64,000 nucleotides of DNA from Tubulanus polymorphus (lineage: Eukaryota; Animalia; Nemertea). Position 1 is the first letter of the stretch. Each line of letters opens with the position of its first letter. The position numbers were made by a program, and so were the translations under genes. The notes beneath the pieces were generated by a model. It was not told where the DNA came from. It saw only the letters and a program-made list of their open reading frames with translations, and did no database searches. Shown piece by piece: positions 1 through 10,491 of this stretch. The stretch is from positions 18,002,210 to 18,066,209 of the forward strand of contig NC_134030.1 in the NCBI RefSeq assembly GCF_964204645.1, given 5' to 3'.

Positions 1-2
1 GG

Positions 3-980
3 TTTTTCATAATAATCGTTAAATAATAAATATAAATACATTTTCTTTTGTTTTGTGTTAAATGTTGGTGGAATAATTGTTTTTATAATATCTTTTTTAG
101 TTATTTCACCATTTTTATTTTCTATTATTTTCATTTTTTCAAGCCATTGCATATATTCTGGTGTATGATCTTCTATAGAAAATATTTTAAAAATTTCATC
201 AAGATAATTTAATTTTGGATCTATAAGAAAATTTCTAATTTTTTCTTCATCCCATAAATTCTTTTGCCATCCACAATCAACACAAAATAACACAGTACCT
301 TCTTGTCTTAAGGTCGCATAAATACATTGTGGGCATTTTTGTTTATAATTTATTGGTAATAGATTTTCATTAAGCTCTTGGTATTTTCTTACGTTTTCTT
401 TATGTTTTACTGTTCTATTATGTAGATTTGAATTACTTGTTGTAATAATCAATTTACAATATTTACAATAATATGTTTTTCTTGTTAATTCATTATATTG
501 TTTTTCTAACTTTTCAACTGTTTCTTCATTATCTGGTAACGTTTTCTCATATTTTATTTTTTCTAATAAATTATTTTTTCTTTCATTGAATTCAGTTTCA
601 AATTTATTAGAAATTTTATCTATGTGTGCTTTACTAAATTGATGATTCTCCCAATCTTCTATATTGTCAGGGCTATATTTTACTTGACAAGGCTCACAGA
701 AATTATTCTTTACATTATTCTTGTTATAAAATAAAAAAGGTCTTTTCCAAATAACTTCAGGTTCAACTTCAGCAGAATTATTATCAACATTAGCTGTTGC
801 GCCATTAATTCTACACTTCTCTGAATGTTTTTTAACATAATTTCTTGAGAATAATTGATTACATTTTGGGCAGTTTATTTTAGGGGGTTTATAATTTTCA
901 TCATGTTTTTTCATATGTCGAGCCTTATTACTTTTTCTTAGAAGTTCACCACAAATTTCACATGCTATCTTCTCGTCCAT
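3..980 (-). CDS. Multi-zinc-finger viral protein (>326 aa, open off the left edge; missing from the ORF track)
   Basis: Manual translation from ATG 980: MDEKIACEICGELLRKSNKARHMKKH...CPKC...HSEKC...CEPC...HQFSKAH...YYCKYC...HNRTVKH...CPQC...CVDC. No stop before position 3. Confidence 0.8.
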   Translation of the reverse strand, partial: MDEKIACEICGELLRKSNKARHMKKHDENYKPPKINCPKCNQLFSRNYVKKHSEKCRINGATANVDNNSAEVEPEVIWKRPFLFYNKNNVKNNFCEPCQVKYSPDNIEDWENHQFSKAHIDKISNKFETEFNERKNNLLEKIKYEKTLPDNEETVEKLEKQYNELTRKTYYCKYCKLIITTSNSNLHNRTVKHKENVRKYQELNENLLPINYKQKCPQCIYATLRQEGTVLFCVDCGWQKNLWDEEKIRNFLIDPKLNYLDEIFKIFSIEDHTPEYMQWLEKMKIIENKNGEITKKDIIKTIIPPTFNTKQKKMYLYLLFNDYYEK

Positions 981-993
981 TTATTAAGGAAAA

Positions 994-1013
994 AAATTAC
1001 TTGTGGTGATGAG
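994..1013 (-). promoter_or_regulatory. 20-bp upstream motif of leftward viral genes, copy 1
   Basis: CTCATCACCACAAGTAATTT on the minus strand, identical at 10832-10851 and 11119-11138. Each copy ends 13 nt before the ATG of a TAAATG start. Confidence 0.7.
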
Positions 1014-1036
1014 GTAATTTTTTTATGTTATAAATA

Positions 1037-1834
1037 ATGGTAGAATTAAAAGAATACAGAATATTTGTTGATTCTAGAAAACTTATAAATTATAAATCTC
1101 ATAATTTATTAGTACAATTAGATAGAGAATTTAAGAATTGTGTAGATTTAAAATTAGTAAATATAAGTTTATGTAATTCTTTTTATAATATATCGGATAA
1201 AACTGATGAACATAGAAGCCTTCTTATTTTTGATAAACTTGAAAAAAAATGGATTCAACTTATGCTTACACCAGGATTATATAATTTAGAAACATTAGCG
1301 CAAGAAATTAATAGAAAAGCTCGGATTAGATTAGGTAATGGTAATTCCAAATTTAATATTAAATTCATAAAAAGTGAGAGCTCTAATAAAATTAAAATAA
1401 AGCTTGATGATGAACTTATTAAACTTGATAAATCTGATCCATTGATGACAAGAAGACATACTTACACGGTAAAAAAACCTATAGCTAAACTATTAGGAAT
1501 TACTCCAAATCAATTTGGTGGAAACAAACACGGTAACTCAAATATAATACCTTTTACACACTTTTATATTTATTGCAATTTAATCGATCCTACAAAAACA
1601 TTCGAAGCAACTAAAGATACAACATGTAATTCTGGTTTACTAAACATTTTACCATTGAAGAATGTTAAACAATTTGGAACGCAAATAAATTATAATTTAA
1701 CAGAATGTGATTTTAAACCTTGCATTCCTAAATTTAATAATTTTAGATTAGAAATTAGAAATCATAATGGATACTTAATTGATTTAAATAACTTTCCTGT
1801 GATATATGAATTAGTTATAAGATGTAAAGAGTAA
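1037..1834 (+). CDS. Probable minor capsid (penton-like, single jelly-roll) protein
   Basis: 265 aa. The pattern IFVDSR...NSFYNIS...PGLYN...FYIYCNLI...LEIRNHNGYLIDLN resembles Polinton/PLV/virophage minor capsid proteins. Confidence 0.7.
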   Translation: MVELKEYRIFVDSRKLINYKSHNLLVQLDREFKNCVDLKLVNISLCNSFYNISDKTDEHRSLLIFDKLEKKWIQLMLTPGLYNLETLAQEINRKARIRLGNGNSKFNIKFIKSESSNKIKIKLDDELIKLDKSDPLMTRRHTYTVKKPIAKLLGITPNQFGGNKHGNSNIIPFTHFYIYCNLIDPTKTFEATKDTTCNSGLLNILPLKNVKQFGTQINYNLTECDFKPCIPKFNNFRLEIRNHNGYLIDLNNFPVIYELVIRCKE

Positions 1835-1850
1835 TTTTTCACCTATAAAA

Positions 1851-2207
1851 ATGAATATAACTGTTGGACCGAGTATATGTTTTGGGTTTGATTTTAAACG
1901 TGAGAAAGAAATGAAATTTAACATTAATGATGTAATAACACATATCAAAAATGTTGTATTTTCTAATGAAACAACATTTGAGTATGAAACAACAATAGAT
2001 AAAGAAACTTTTAATGTAGAAAAGATTACTAATTTAATTAGAGAATCTTTAAAATTTTATGAATTAGATGAAGATTTTATAATCGATGATATTGAAAAAA
2101 TAATAATTGAAATATATACAAATGAAACTAGTAATAAAATAAATGTTGAAATAATCATCACTAAGATAACTAAATATTTTGATGATAGTAATTTTTTTGA
2201 TAAATAA
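1851..2207 (+). CDS. Hypothetical acidic viral protein
   Basis: 118-aa ORF in the tightly packed gene array. Its TAA stop forms the TAAATG of the next gene. Confidence 0.65.
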   Translation: MNITVGPSICFGFDFKREKEMKFNINDVITHIKNVVFSNETTFEYETTIDKETFNVEKITNLIRESLKFYELDEDFIIDDIEKIIIEIYTNETSNKINVEIIITKITKYFDDSNFFDK

Positions 2208-2429
2208 ATGAGTGATAATAAGTGGATAATAACTGGATTATATAATGGCGCATTACTATCAGTTGGAACGGTTGGTTATTCAATGGTATTAAAAAAAGTA
2301 TTCAAAATGGGAAGTGTTAATGTTGATAGATTTGATATAAATGATATTTTAAAGTTAACGTTAGCAGTTACTTTATCTAATTTAACTATTGATTATTTGG
2401 AAAAACAAAAATATATTCCTCCCATATAA
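2208..2429 (+). CDS. Small hydrophobic viral protein
   Basis: 73 aa with two hydrophobic segments and a TAAATG start. Confidence 0.7.
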   Translation: MSDNKWIITGLYNGALLSVGTVGYSMVLKKVFKMGSVNVDRFDINDILKLTLAVTLSNLTIDYLEKQKYIPPI

Positions 2430-2453
2430 ATGCATAATTTTTTTGTTAAATAA

Positions 2454-2876
2454 ATGGCTTCTGCAATTATAACTATTATAGGATCGGCAATTGTTAACGC
2501 TTTAGCATTTACTGGTGGTGGTTATTTATTTAAACATATTGATAAAAATAGTTCATTAGGAGAACAAAGAAGACATAACTTAGCGTTAGAGAAATACAAT
2601 AAAGCAGCAGAAGAATATAGAGAAAAAAGACAAAACTATATGGATTACATCAATAAAGAATTATATGATCAGAAGATTTCACATAGAGATTTTCAATCAG
2701 TTGATGATGCAATGAGTTTATATAACGCGGTAACCAATAAAGAAAAATTACATCTATACAAACCTAAATTATCAGATTATTATACCCCAAGTAAAGAACA
2801 ACAGAAATATGAAATAATATGGATTTTAGGTGGAACAGTTATTGTTATATTTGTTGCTTATAAGTTTACTAATTAG
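2454..2876 (+). CDS. Viral membrane protein (N-terminal hydrophobic segment, coiled coil, C-terminal TM)
   Basis: 140 aa: MASAIITIIGSAIVNALAFTGGGYLF...RRHNLALEK...IIWILGGTVIVIFVAY. TAAATG start. Confidence 0.75.
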   Translation: MASAIITIIGSAIVNALAFTGGGYLFKHIDKNSSLGEQRRHNLALEKYNKAAEEYREKRQNYMDYINKELYDQKISHRDFQSVDDAMSLYNAVTNKEKLHLYKPKLSDYYTPSKEQQKYEIIWILGGTVIVIFVAYKFTN

Positions 2877-2895
2877 TAATTTTTTTTCTAAATAA

Positions 2896-3330
2896 ATGGA
2901 AGATAAAGTTGATAGTATTGATATTATTCCTCATGATATAAATAAAACTAAATTAAAAACATATTTAGAAAAACAAATATTAGAATTTGAAAGTGACTTA
3001 AAGATAAAAAAGAAAAAATATTTAAAAAGTAAAATTATATATTATTTGATTATAAGTGGTTCGGTTACAATTAGTTCTGTAATAACATTTCTAGCAATAT
3101 TTAGTCCATTAACACCTTTAGCTATATCAATTGGTGTATTAGGATTAAGTTCAAGTGTTTTAACTGGTATAAGTTCAAAATTAAATATAAAAAGTAATAA
3201 AGAAAAAATCAAAACTAATATAAAAGAAATTAATAAATTAAAGAACACACTAGACTATATAATAAGTTTAAATGGTCATATAACAGTTGAAGAACAAGAT
3301 AAATTATTAAAAGAATTAATAAATTATTAA
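2896..3330 (+). CDS. Two-TM viral membrane protein
   Basis: 144 aa with a central hydrophobic hairpin flanked by charged helices. TAAATG start. Confidence 0.75.
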   Translation: MEDKVDSIDIIPHDINKTKLKTYLEKQILEFESDLKIKKKKYLKSKIIYYLIISGSVTISSVITFLAIFSPLTPLAISIGVLGLSSSVLTGISSKLNIKSNKEKIKTNIKEINKLKNTLDYIISLNGHITVEEQDKLLKELINY

Positions 3331-3346
3331 TTTTTTAATTATATAA

Positions 3347-4666
3347 ATGGCAGATAGTTTTCCAAAAGCTTTCCAATATAATAAATCAATTAAATATAAT
3401 ATTCCGGCAATAGATTTTAAGAAAAATATTACATATAAAAATATAGTTTTAAATTCATTTACTAATTTAGAAATTTATGTTAATGAATCACAGTTTTTTA
3501 TTTCTAAAATGGAAAATATATTTAATACATATGAAGTTACTTTTACTCGAGATGAATATCATATATATAAAGTAAAATCTAATATGAAGTATTGGCAGAA
3601 TCAATTAAATTTTGCTGTTTATTGTGCAACAACAGGATGTGGAATAAGTTGGAATGATCATTTAAATAACTTAGATAAAAATTTAAAGTATTCTAATTTA
3701 AAATTAATTCACACAATATTTAGATTTCACACATATTTTCAAATCAGAATAATATTAAATGAATTAGAATGTCCTTTACCCGGGTCTAAATATTTTAAAG
3801 AATTGGATAATAATATTAATATATCCAAGTTTTATAAAATATGTAATGAATTTAATATAGATATTAATTCCGATTTCAGAGCGCATGGTAAATTGCAAGG
3901 TGTTGGTGAAGAGTTTGAAATAAAAAGAATTGATTATATGCATAGAATTTCAGCTTATCGTAATTATAAAATTGATAATAATAATGGTTGGGTTAATTTC
4001 ATTTTAGAAAATGGTGAAGGTTTTACAAAATCAGGTATACAAAGAATAAATCAATCTATTAGAATTTATTTGATATGTATTTTAGGCGCTCAAGTTGAAA
4101 CAAGATCCCCAATAATTGGAAATGATAACACTTCATTCGATGCGTAGAAACAATTTAAAGTTTTATTTGAAGATTCAATTCATAATGATAAAAATAGATC
4201 GATTCCAGAAAACATTATAAGATATCAAAATTATTCAGATAAATCTCATATTAGATTAAATTATTGTATAGGACCTAATCTATTAATTATTTCTAATGAT
4301 TTAGTATTAAAGATGGGAAATATAATTGGTTATAATAATCTAATTAAAACTGCAACAATAAACAATTCATTTGGATTAAATGATATAAATAAAAAGATTA
4401 TTACTGCTCCAAAATTAATGGAAGGTGAAAAAAATAAAAAACATATTCAATCAACAGAAACTAAAACTAAGAATATTAAATTAAATAATGATTCTAAAAT
4501 AAAAGATTACAATACTACAGAAAATGGTGCCATACGGCACCCACACGGTGATATTCAACATGATGTAATTAAACTAAATGATGATAATAAATCCCATGAA
4601 AATACTAAATTAGCTATAACTTGTATAGGAATTGTTATAGGAGGAATATTATATTTTAAATTTTAA
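3347..4666 (+). pseudogene. 439-codon viral protein with C-terminal TM, interrupted by one in-frame TAG (4145-4147)
   Basis: ORFs 3347..4147 and 4313..4666 are in the same frame and joined by 55 stop-free codons (SFDA*KQFKVLFEDS...LVLKM). The second ORF lacks the TAAATG start. Confidence 0.8.
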
Positions 4667-4682
4667 TTTTTTTATTATATAA

Positions 4683-6116
4683 ATGGATGTAGAAGGTGTA
4701 GAAGATATTGGAATGGATCCTTTTTATGAACCTGGTATAACTGATGAACAACCACCTGATTTTGATGAAACAAGTTTTAATGATGGTAATGAACCAGAAT
4801 ATAATAATAATTTAAATATGCCTGATTATATTAAAAATGCTGAATCACAATTAAATCCTGAAAATTTAGACCCAGATTTAGTGAAACAAGATTTAGATAA
4901 TTTAAAAAAAATACCTAAATTAGAAGATTTAATTGAAAAATCTAATTGTAACATAAATGATGAAGACGTTGGACTTTTAGCAGATTAATTAAAATTTTTA
5001 GATAATGGTAAATGTTATTATCGTTTGAAAGGTGATTATTATATTGATATCACTAATCAAAGGACAAAACTAAAAAAAATATTAGCGGAATCAACTTTGA
5101 AAAATTTAGAAACATTTAGAATTAAGAGAATAAGTAATATTAATGAAATAACTGATGTTACACAAAAAGAAAGAGATGATAATATAGACGTATTTAAACA
5201 AAGAATTAATGAATTATTTGAAATAATCAAAAAGAAATCAGAAACAGAAACAACTTCTGAACAGAATATAACTTCCAAAAATAGTAAACTTAAATCAAAT
5301 AAAGTTCCAATTGAAAAACTTTTACCGAATGGATTAATTGATGCAACAGATCAAGAATTAGAAGATTTAGATATATTTTCTGATAAAGCAATTAGAGAAA
5401 TTATTAGTATAAGACTTGCATCTGATAAAATTGCACATAATAAAAGTATAAGAGATCAAAAAATTACGTATTTGGAAAAAGAATTAACTGATAAAAATAA
5501 AGAAATAGAACAATTAAAGTCTGATTTAGATCATCAAGTAATTGATGAAATAGAATATAGGCAAAAAGAATTACGTTTAGAAAAAGAAATTAGTAATCTA
5601 AAAGATAATTTAGAAGTACAGAAAGAAGAAATTAAATTATTGTTAAAATCATATGATTATAATATTAATAGATTAAAAGTTATTTTTAAAGATTTGTTGA
5701 TTAAACCAAATTCTGAAATATCATTAAAAGATAGGATAAAGTTATTATTTAAATTAGAAGGAATAACAATTCTTTCAATTCTAACAGCTGTAACTATGGT
5801 ATTTACAACAATTGGTTTAGCAATATCAAATGCTTTGAAATCTACTCCCACTCCCAATAAACCAGATAAACCTCCAGGTAATAATTCTATACAAGATAAA
5901 GTTAAAGATGGTTTAAAGAAATTAGCAAAATATTTATGGGAACTATCAAAGAAATCTGCTGCAGCATTACCAGGAGTTATTGCTTCAATTGTTGGTTTTA
6001 TATTGAAATCTGCTGGGAATATTCTTAACTTTGCTGCTGAACATATTATTTTATTTTTAATTACAGTTGTAAGTGCTATTATTTTTGGGTTAGTGAATAT
6101 GATTAAAAATAAATAA
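4683..6116 (+). pseudogene. 477-codon acidic/coiled-coil/multi-TM viral protein, interrupted by one in-frame TAA (4986-4988)
   Basis: ORFs 4683..4988 and 5025..6116 are in frame (LLAD*LKFLDNGKCYYRLKGD). The second begins at TTG without the promoter motif. Confidence 0.8.
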
Positions 6117-6136
6117 TTAATTTTTTTGTTAAATAA

Positions 6137-7384
6137 ATGAGTGGGAGTTATATAAGTCCTTCTAAGATTTCTAGAATATCTAATGCTATTAAAGCAGAAA
6201 GATCACATCATATAATTACTCATAACCCTTCAAATATTAATCCCGATGAAACTTTATACGTTAGAATCCCTCGATTAACACAAAATACTTTTTATGTTCC
6301 AAACAGTATTTATTTATCAGCTGATATAAAAGTAATCGGTAATAATAATAATTATGTTGTTGATAATGTTGGAAGATATTTGATTAAAAAGTTAACAATA
6401 AAGATTGGTCCAGAAACAGTTTTCTCATTAGATGATTATAATTTATTTATGCACTATAAAGATTTATGGTTAACTAAAGAAAATAGAAATAATATGATAT
6501 TTCAGGGTATTCAATCAGAAAACCAAAATAAATTAAGATCAGAAGCTAATAGCGCAATATTAACAAATGATGTAGATAAATTGATAAAAAGTATATATGG
6601 AAGCAAATATAAAATTCCATTAGACTTTGAATTGATAAATAATAATGCCCCTTTATATAAATACGCAATTCAAGAAGATATTATATTTGAGATAACATTT
6701 GCTCCTGTAAATGAAATTGTATTATCTAGCGTTGTTAAAGATATGGGTTATAAATTATCGAATATATGTTTAGAATATAACACAGTAACTAATGAAAATA
6801 TTGCTAGCACAATTCAAACTCAATACAATCAAGGATTTTCATTATTATATGATTATATTGATAAATTTAAAACTGTAACTATTAATGCAAATGATGAAAT
6901 AATTAATGAGAATATTAACTTTCCTAGAAGATCTATTAAAGGTATATTAATATTTTTTACCATTGCAACATATTCTAATGGCGCAATAAATGTTGATAAT
7001 TATTATAATCCTGAAATAACAAAAGTAGAAATAACTATCGAAGGAATAGCGAATAAAATATTTTGCCAAGGAATGAGAATGATTGATCAATGGCCAGAAA
7101 TTAGAAAACATTTTATGAACGAAAAAGTGAAATCATCTGAAAATTGTAATATTAATCAAATTGATTATTATACTGGTAATAAATATGCATTATGGTTAGA
7201 TTTTAGAACAACTGAAGATAATTCATTACATGGTTCTGGGAAAAAATTACAAAATACAAAAGATGGGATCCAATTATTTATGAAAAAGAAAAAGGGAATC
7301 AAAAATTTTAAAATGCATATTTATATTATATCTGACGCACAATTAAATATTGTAAATTCACAATTAGATAGTATTCAAAATTAG
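6137..7384 (+). CDS. Probable major capsid protein (divergent double jelly-roll)
   Basis: 415 aa, beta-strand-rich, with no TM segment. Its size and position next to the integrase and ATPase fit an MCP. The fold is inferred, not computed. Confidence 0.65.
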   Translation: MSGSYISPSKISRISNAIKAERSHHIITHNPSNINPDETLYVRIPRLTQNTFYVPNSIYLSADIKVIGNNNNYVVDNVGRYLIKKLTIKIGPETVFSLDDYNLFMHYKDLWLTKENRNNMIFQGIQSENQNKLRSEANSAILTNDVDKLIKSIYGSKYKIPLDFELINNNAPLYKYAIQEDIIFEITFAPVNEIVLSSVVKDMGYKLSNICLEYNTVTNENIASTIQTQYNQGFSLLYDYIDKFKTVTINANDEIINENINFPRRSIKGILIFFTIATYSNGAINVDNYYNPEITKVEITIEGIANKIFCQGMRMIDQWPEIRKHFMNEKVKSSENCNINQIDYYTGNKYALWLDFRTTEDNSLHGSGKKLQNTKDGIQLFMKKKKGIKNFKMHIYIISDAQLNIVNSQLDSIQN

Positions 7385-7414
7385 AAATATAAAGTTAAAA
7401 TTATGGATATATAA

Positions 7415-8542
7415 ATGAGTGGTAAAAAAACTCCTAATACTAAAGAACAATATTTAAGAAATTTATATTACAACCCTGAGAGTTCGGTTGCTTATTCTTC
7501 TACTAAAAATATATGGCGTAAAGTAAAACAAGATAAATTAGATAAGATAATCCCACAAAATTTAGTTAAATACAAAGATATAAATGAATTTATGTTAGAA
7601 CAACCAACATATACAACACATAAAAAAATTGTTAGAAAATATAAAACTCGTAAAACTATGGTAAGTTATGTAGATCAACAGTGGCAAGGAGATTTAATTG
7701 ATATGAAAAATGTTAAGAAAGATAATGATGATTATTGGTGGTTATTGAATATAATTGATATTTTTAGTCGTTATGTATGGAGTTTCCCACTTTATAGAAA
7801 AGATGCTGCACAAACATCACATGTTTTAAGAAAATTTCTTTCGGATGATAAACTAAAACCAGAAAAAATTCAATTTGATGATGGAAAAGAGTTTGATAAT
7901 TCACTTGTTCATGAACTCTTAGATAATCATAATATTAGATATTTTTCAACAAAATCAGATAAAAAAGCAGCAGTTGTTGAACGATTTAATAGAACATTGA
8001 GAACAAGAATATCAAAATATTTCACAGCAAATAATACTTATAAATGGATTGATGTTTTACCAAAATTGATAGAAGGATATAATAATTCTTATCATTCTTC
8101 TATTGGAATGAAACCTATTGATGCTAGAAAACCTGAAAATGCTGAAATTGTTTGGAATAATTTATATGGAGCATTTCTTGTAGATGATTTTGGTGAACCT
8201 AAATTTAAAGTTGGTCAAAATGTTAGAATTTCTAAGTATAAAAAGATATTTGACAAAGGATACGATCGAAATTTTACTAGAGAAATATATAAAATAAAAA
8301 AGGTAATAACAACAAAACCATATGTCTATAAATTAGAAGATTTAGATGGTGAAGAAGTTGATGGCTACTTTTACGAAGAAGAATTAAGTTTAACTACTGA
8401 AAATATAGAACAAGAATATAAAATTGAAAAAGTACTAAAAACAAAAACTGTCAAAAGAAAAAAATATTCTTTAGTAAAATGGGTTGGATGGCCAGATAAA
8501 TTCAATGAATGGATATTATCAAGTAAAATTAAAAATATATAA
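7415..8542 (+). CDS. Retroviral-like (rve) DDE integrase with C-terminal chromodomain, Polinton type
   Basis: WQGDLIDM / IQFDDGKEF / AVVERFNRTL catalytic triad. YNNSYHSSIGMKP and KFKVGQNVRIS follow. Chromodomain: YKIEKVLK...YSLVKWVGWPDKFNEWI. Confidence 0.95.
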   Translation: MSGKKTPNTKEQYLRNLYYNPESSVAYSSTKNIWRKVKQDKLDKIIPQNLVKYKDINEFMLEQPTYTTHKKIVRKYKTRKTMVSYVDQQWQGDLIDMKNVKKDNDDYWWLLNIIDIFSRYVWSFPLYRKDAAQTSHVLRKFLSDDKLKPEKIQFDDGKEFDNSLVHELLDNHNIRYFSTKSDKKAAVVERFNRTLRTRISKYFTANNTYKWIDVLPKLIEGYNNSYHSSIGMKPIDARKPENAEIVWNNLYGAFLVDDFGEPKFKVGQNVRISKYKKIFDKGYDRNFTREIYKIKKVITTKPYVYKLEDLDGEEVDGYFYEEELSLTTENIEQEYKIEKVLKTKTVKRKKYSLVKWVGWPDKFNEWILSSKIKNI

Positions 8543-9151
8543 ATGAATAAGGAATTATTCATATTTGAGCCTCATAATATGTTAATTTCTGGTGTAACAA
8601 ATTGTGGTAAAACACACTTCATATTAAATTTACTAGAAACTGTTTACAAAAACTATTTTGATAATATAGTATTATTTTGTCCAACATATGAATTTAATCA
8701 AACTTATGATAGAAATATTACTAGAAATAATAAATTTATTATATTAGATCCTAAAACAGTAAAAGAAAATTTAGATAATTGTATAAAAATAGCAATTGAT
8801 ATTTATAAAGGATCAAATACATTATTCATCATAGATGATTGTGCAAATTTACATGATTCAAAAGTTAGAGAAAGTGAGTTATGTTATTTAGCTTTTTCTA
8901 GCAGACATTTTGGGATAACAACTTGGGTTTTAAATCAAAAATATAATTCAATTGTTAAAGACTTTAGAGAAAACATTAGATTTCTAGTTTTATTCTACAA
9001 TAAAGATAGAAAATCGATGAAAAATGCACTTGAGGAAAATGATATTATTCCACATGATTTACATAATGAATATATGGATAAGTTGAAAAATATTAAAAGA
9101 TCAAAATTACTATTTAGATTACAACACCCATTTAAATATGAATTTATTTAA
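8543..9151 (+). CDS. A32/FtsK-HerA-like DNA packaging ATPase
   Basis: Walker A GVTNCGKT, Walker B LFIIDD, and the SRHFGITTWVLNQKY arginine-finger/glutamine motif. Confidence 0.92.
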   Translation: MNKELFIFEPHNMLISGVTNCGKTHFILNLLETVYKNYFDNIVLFCPTYEFNQTYDRNITRNNKFIILDPKTVKENLDNCIKIAIDIYKGSNTLFIIDDCANLHDSKVRESELCYLAFSSRHFGITTWVLNQKYNSIVKDFRENIRFLVLFYNKDRKSMKNALEENDIIPHDLHNEYMDKLKNIKRSKLLFRLQHPFKYEFI

Positions 9152-9402
9152 ATTCAACTAGCTTGTTAATCTAGTTGAATTCTAGTTGTTAGTAGTTGAA
9201 ACAAAAATCAACTAGATTTAACAATATTTCAACTAGCTTGTTAATCTAGTTTAATTCTAGTTACATTCTAGTTGAATTCTAGTTGTTAGTAGTTGAAACA
9301 AAAATCAACTAGATTTAACAAGAAATAAACAAACACAACAATATTTCAACTAGCTTGTTAATCTAGTTGAATTCTAGTTACATTCTAGTTGAATTCTAGT
9401 TG
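9151..9402. repeat. Non-coding block of tandem imperfect palindromes
   Basis: Three copies of TTCAACTAG-CTTGTTAAT-CTAGTT(G/T)AA near 9153, 9227 and 9345, plus repeated CTAGTTGAATTCTAG units. Confidence 0.9.
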
Positions 9403-9433
9403 CAACAACACAACTAATTTAATTGTTATATAA

Positions 9434-10039
9434 ATGGGAGGTGAAAAGAAAATGAAATCTAAAAATGGTGATGTTCCAATTGAAAAAACTTTAGATGATT
9501 TAGGAATAACAGAAACAAAATTAACTCCAGATGATGGTGCTTTAAATAATGTTACAACAAATAATAATTATGAATATTATCTTTATTGTAAACATCAATT
9601 AGAAATATTAATAGCATCTGGAAAATGTAAAAATTTTGTGGGTAAAAATTTAACTTATAATGAATTAGATACAATGAAATCAGATGAAATTATTAGATTA
9701 TTTAAGATTTATGAATCCGCGAGAACAGCTAGAATTAATGACGCGATATCAGAAAATGTAGTAAAAGGTTATAGTAAATTATGTAATTATATACTACCAA
9801 TTGAAGATGAAAATAGATTATATTCCGATTTAAAAAATGATTATTTAGTTATGACTGAATTAAATAAATGGATTGGATATTTATCATTTCAATTAGGTGG
9901 ATTTATGACATTATTATCAACTGGAGTTATAACATTTTCAAATATTGAAAGTAAAAATATTTCTATAATAAATGAGCGAGGTGAAAGAAGTGAAGGAATT
10001 ACCTGTGAAGAAAAAACCGAGAACTCAGAAACAAATTGA
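9434..10039 (+). CDS. Hypothetical viral protein with a hydrophobic C-terminal segment
   Basis: 201 aa with a TAAATG start. Confidence 0.75.
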   Translation: MGGEKKMKSKNGDVPIEKTLDDLGITETKLTPDDGALNNVTTNNNYEYYLYCKHQLEILIASGKCKNFVGKNLTYNELDTMKSDEIIRLFKIYESARTARINDAISENVVKGYSKLCNYILPIEDENRLYSDLKNDYLVMTELNKWIGYLSFQLGGFMTLLSTGVITFSNIESKNISIINERGERSEGITCEEKTENSETN

Positions 10040-10328
10040 ATGGTCTCGACAATTAGGAATTAAATCACAAGAATATAAAAAAGCTGTAAAAGAAAAAATA
10101 AGTAATAAAAATGGTGAAAATATTGTTATTTCTACTCCTTCTGATAGTAGAATATTTGATAAATATTTATATTTTACAGTTGGATTTGTAATTGTATTCA
10201 TTTTGATTGGGTGTAATTGGTATAAGAAATCAAATAAAATTCATGATATTAGTAATTCTGAACCAACTGCTATTAAAAATGAAAATACTTATGAAATTCC
10301 AAAATTGACAATAAAAAAAATGGATTAA
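9972..10328 (+). CDS. Basic single-TM viral protein
   Basis: 118 aa: KKKPRTQKQ N-terminus and TM YLYFTVGFVIVFILIGC. Its TAAATG start lies inside the upstream ORF. Confidence 0.75.
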   Translation: MSEVKEVKELPVKKKPRTQKQIEWSRQLGIKSQEYKKAVKEKISNKNGENIVISTPSDSRIFDKYLYFTVGFVIVFILIGCNWYKKSNKIHDISNSEPTAIKNENTYEIPKLTIKKMD

Positions 10329-10491
10329 TATTTTAGAAAAAAAGCAAAAAAAATAATTTTTTTAAATTAATTGAATATTAATTGAATATCTCACTACTTT
10401 TGTCTATCTATGTGGAGCAATTAAATTGTCAAGATAAGTCATTTCGGATTCTAGATATTCATTATTTTTATTAATTTATTTTTTTTTAAAT

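Noticed and set aside
4313-6116. ORFs 4313..4666 and 5025..6116 as separate genes
   Set aside because: They are in-frame continuations of the upstream ORFs and lack the TAAATG start.
3042-8562. Short antisense ORFs (3042, 5057, 5657, 8371)
   Set aside because: They are shadows of AT-rich sense genes and have no start motif.
9151-9402. Possible CRISPR-like array in the virus
   Set aside because: The sequences between the palindromes are themselves repeated, there are no unique spacers of constant length, and no cas genes are present.
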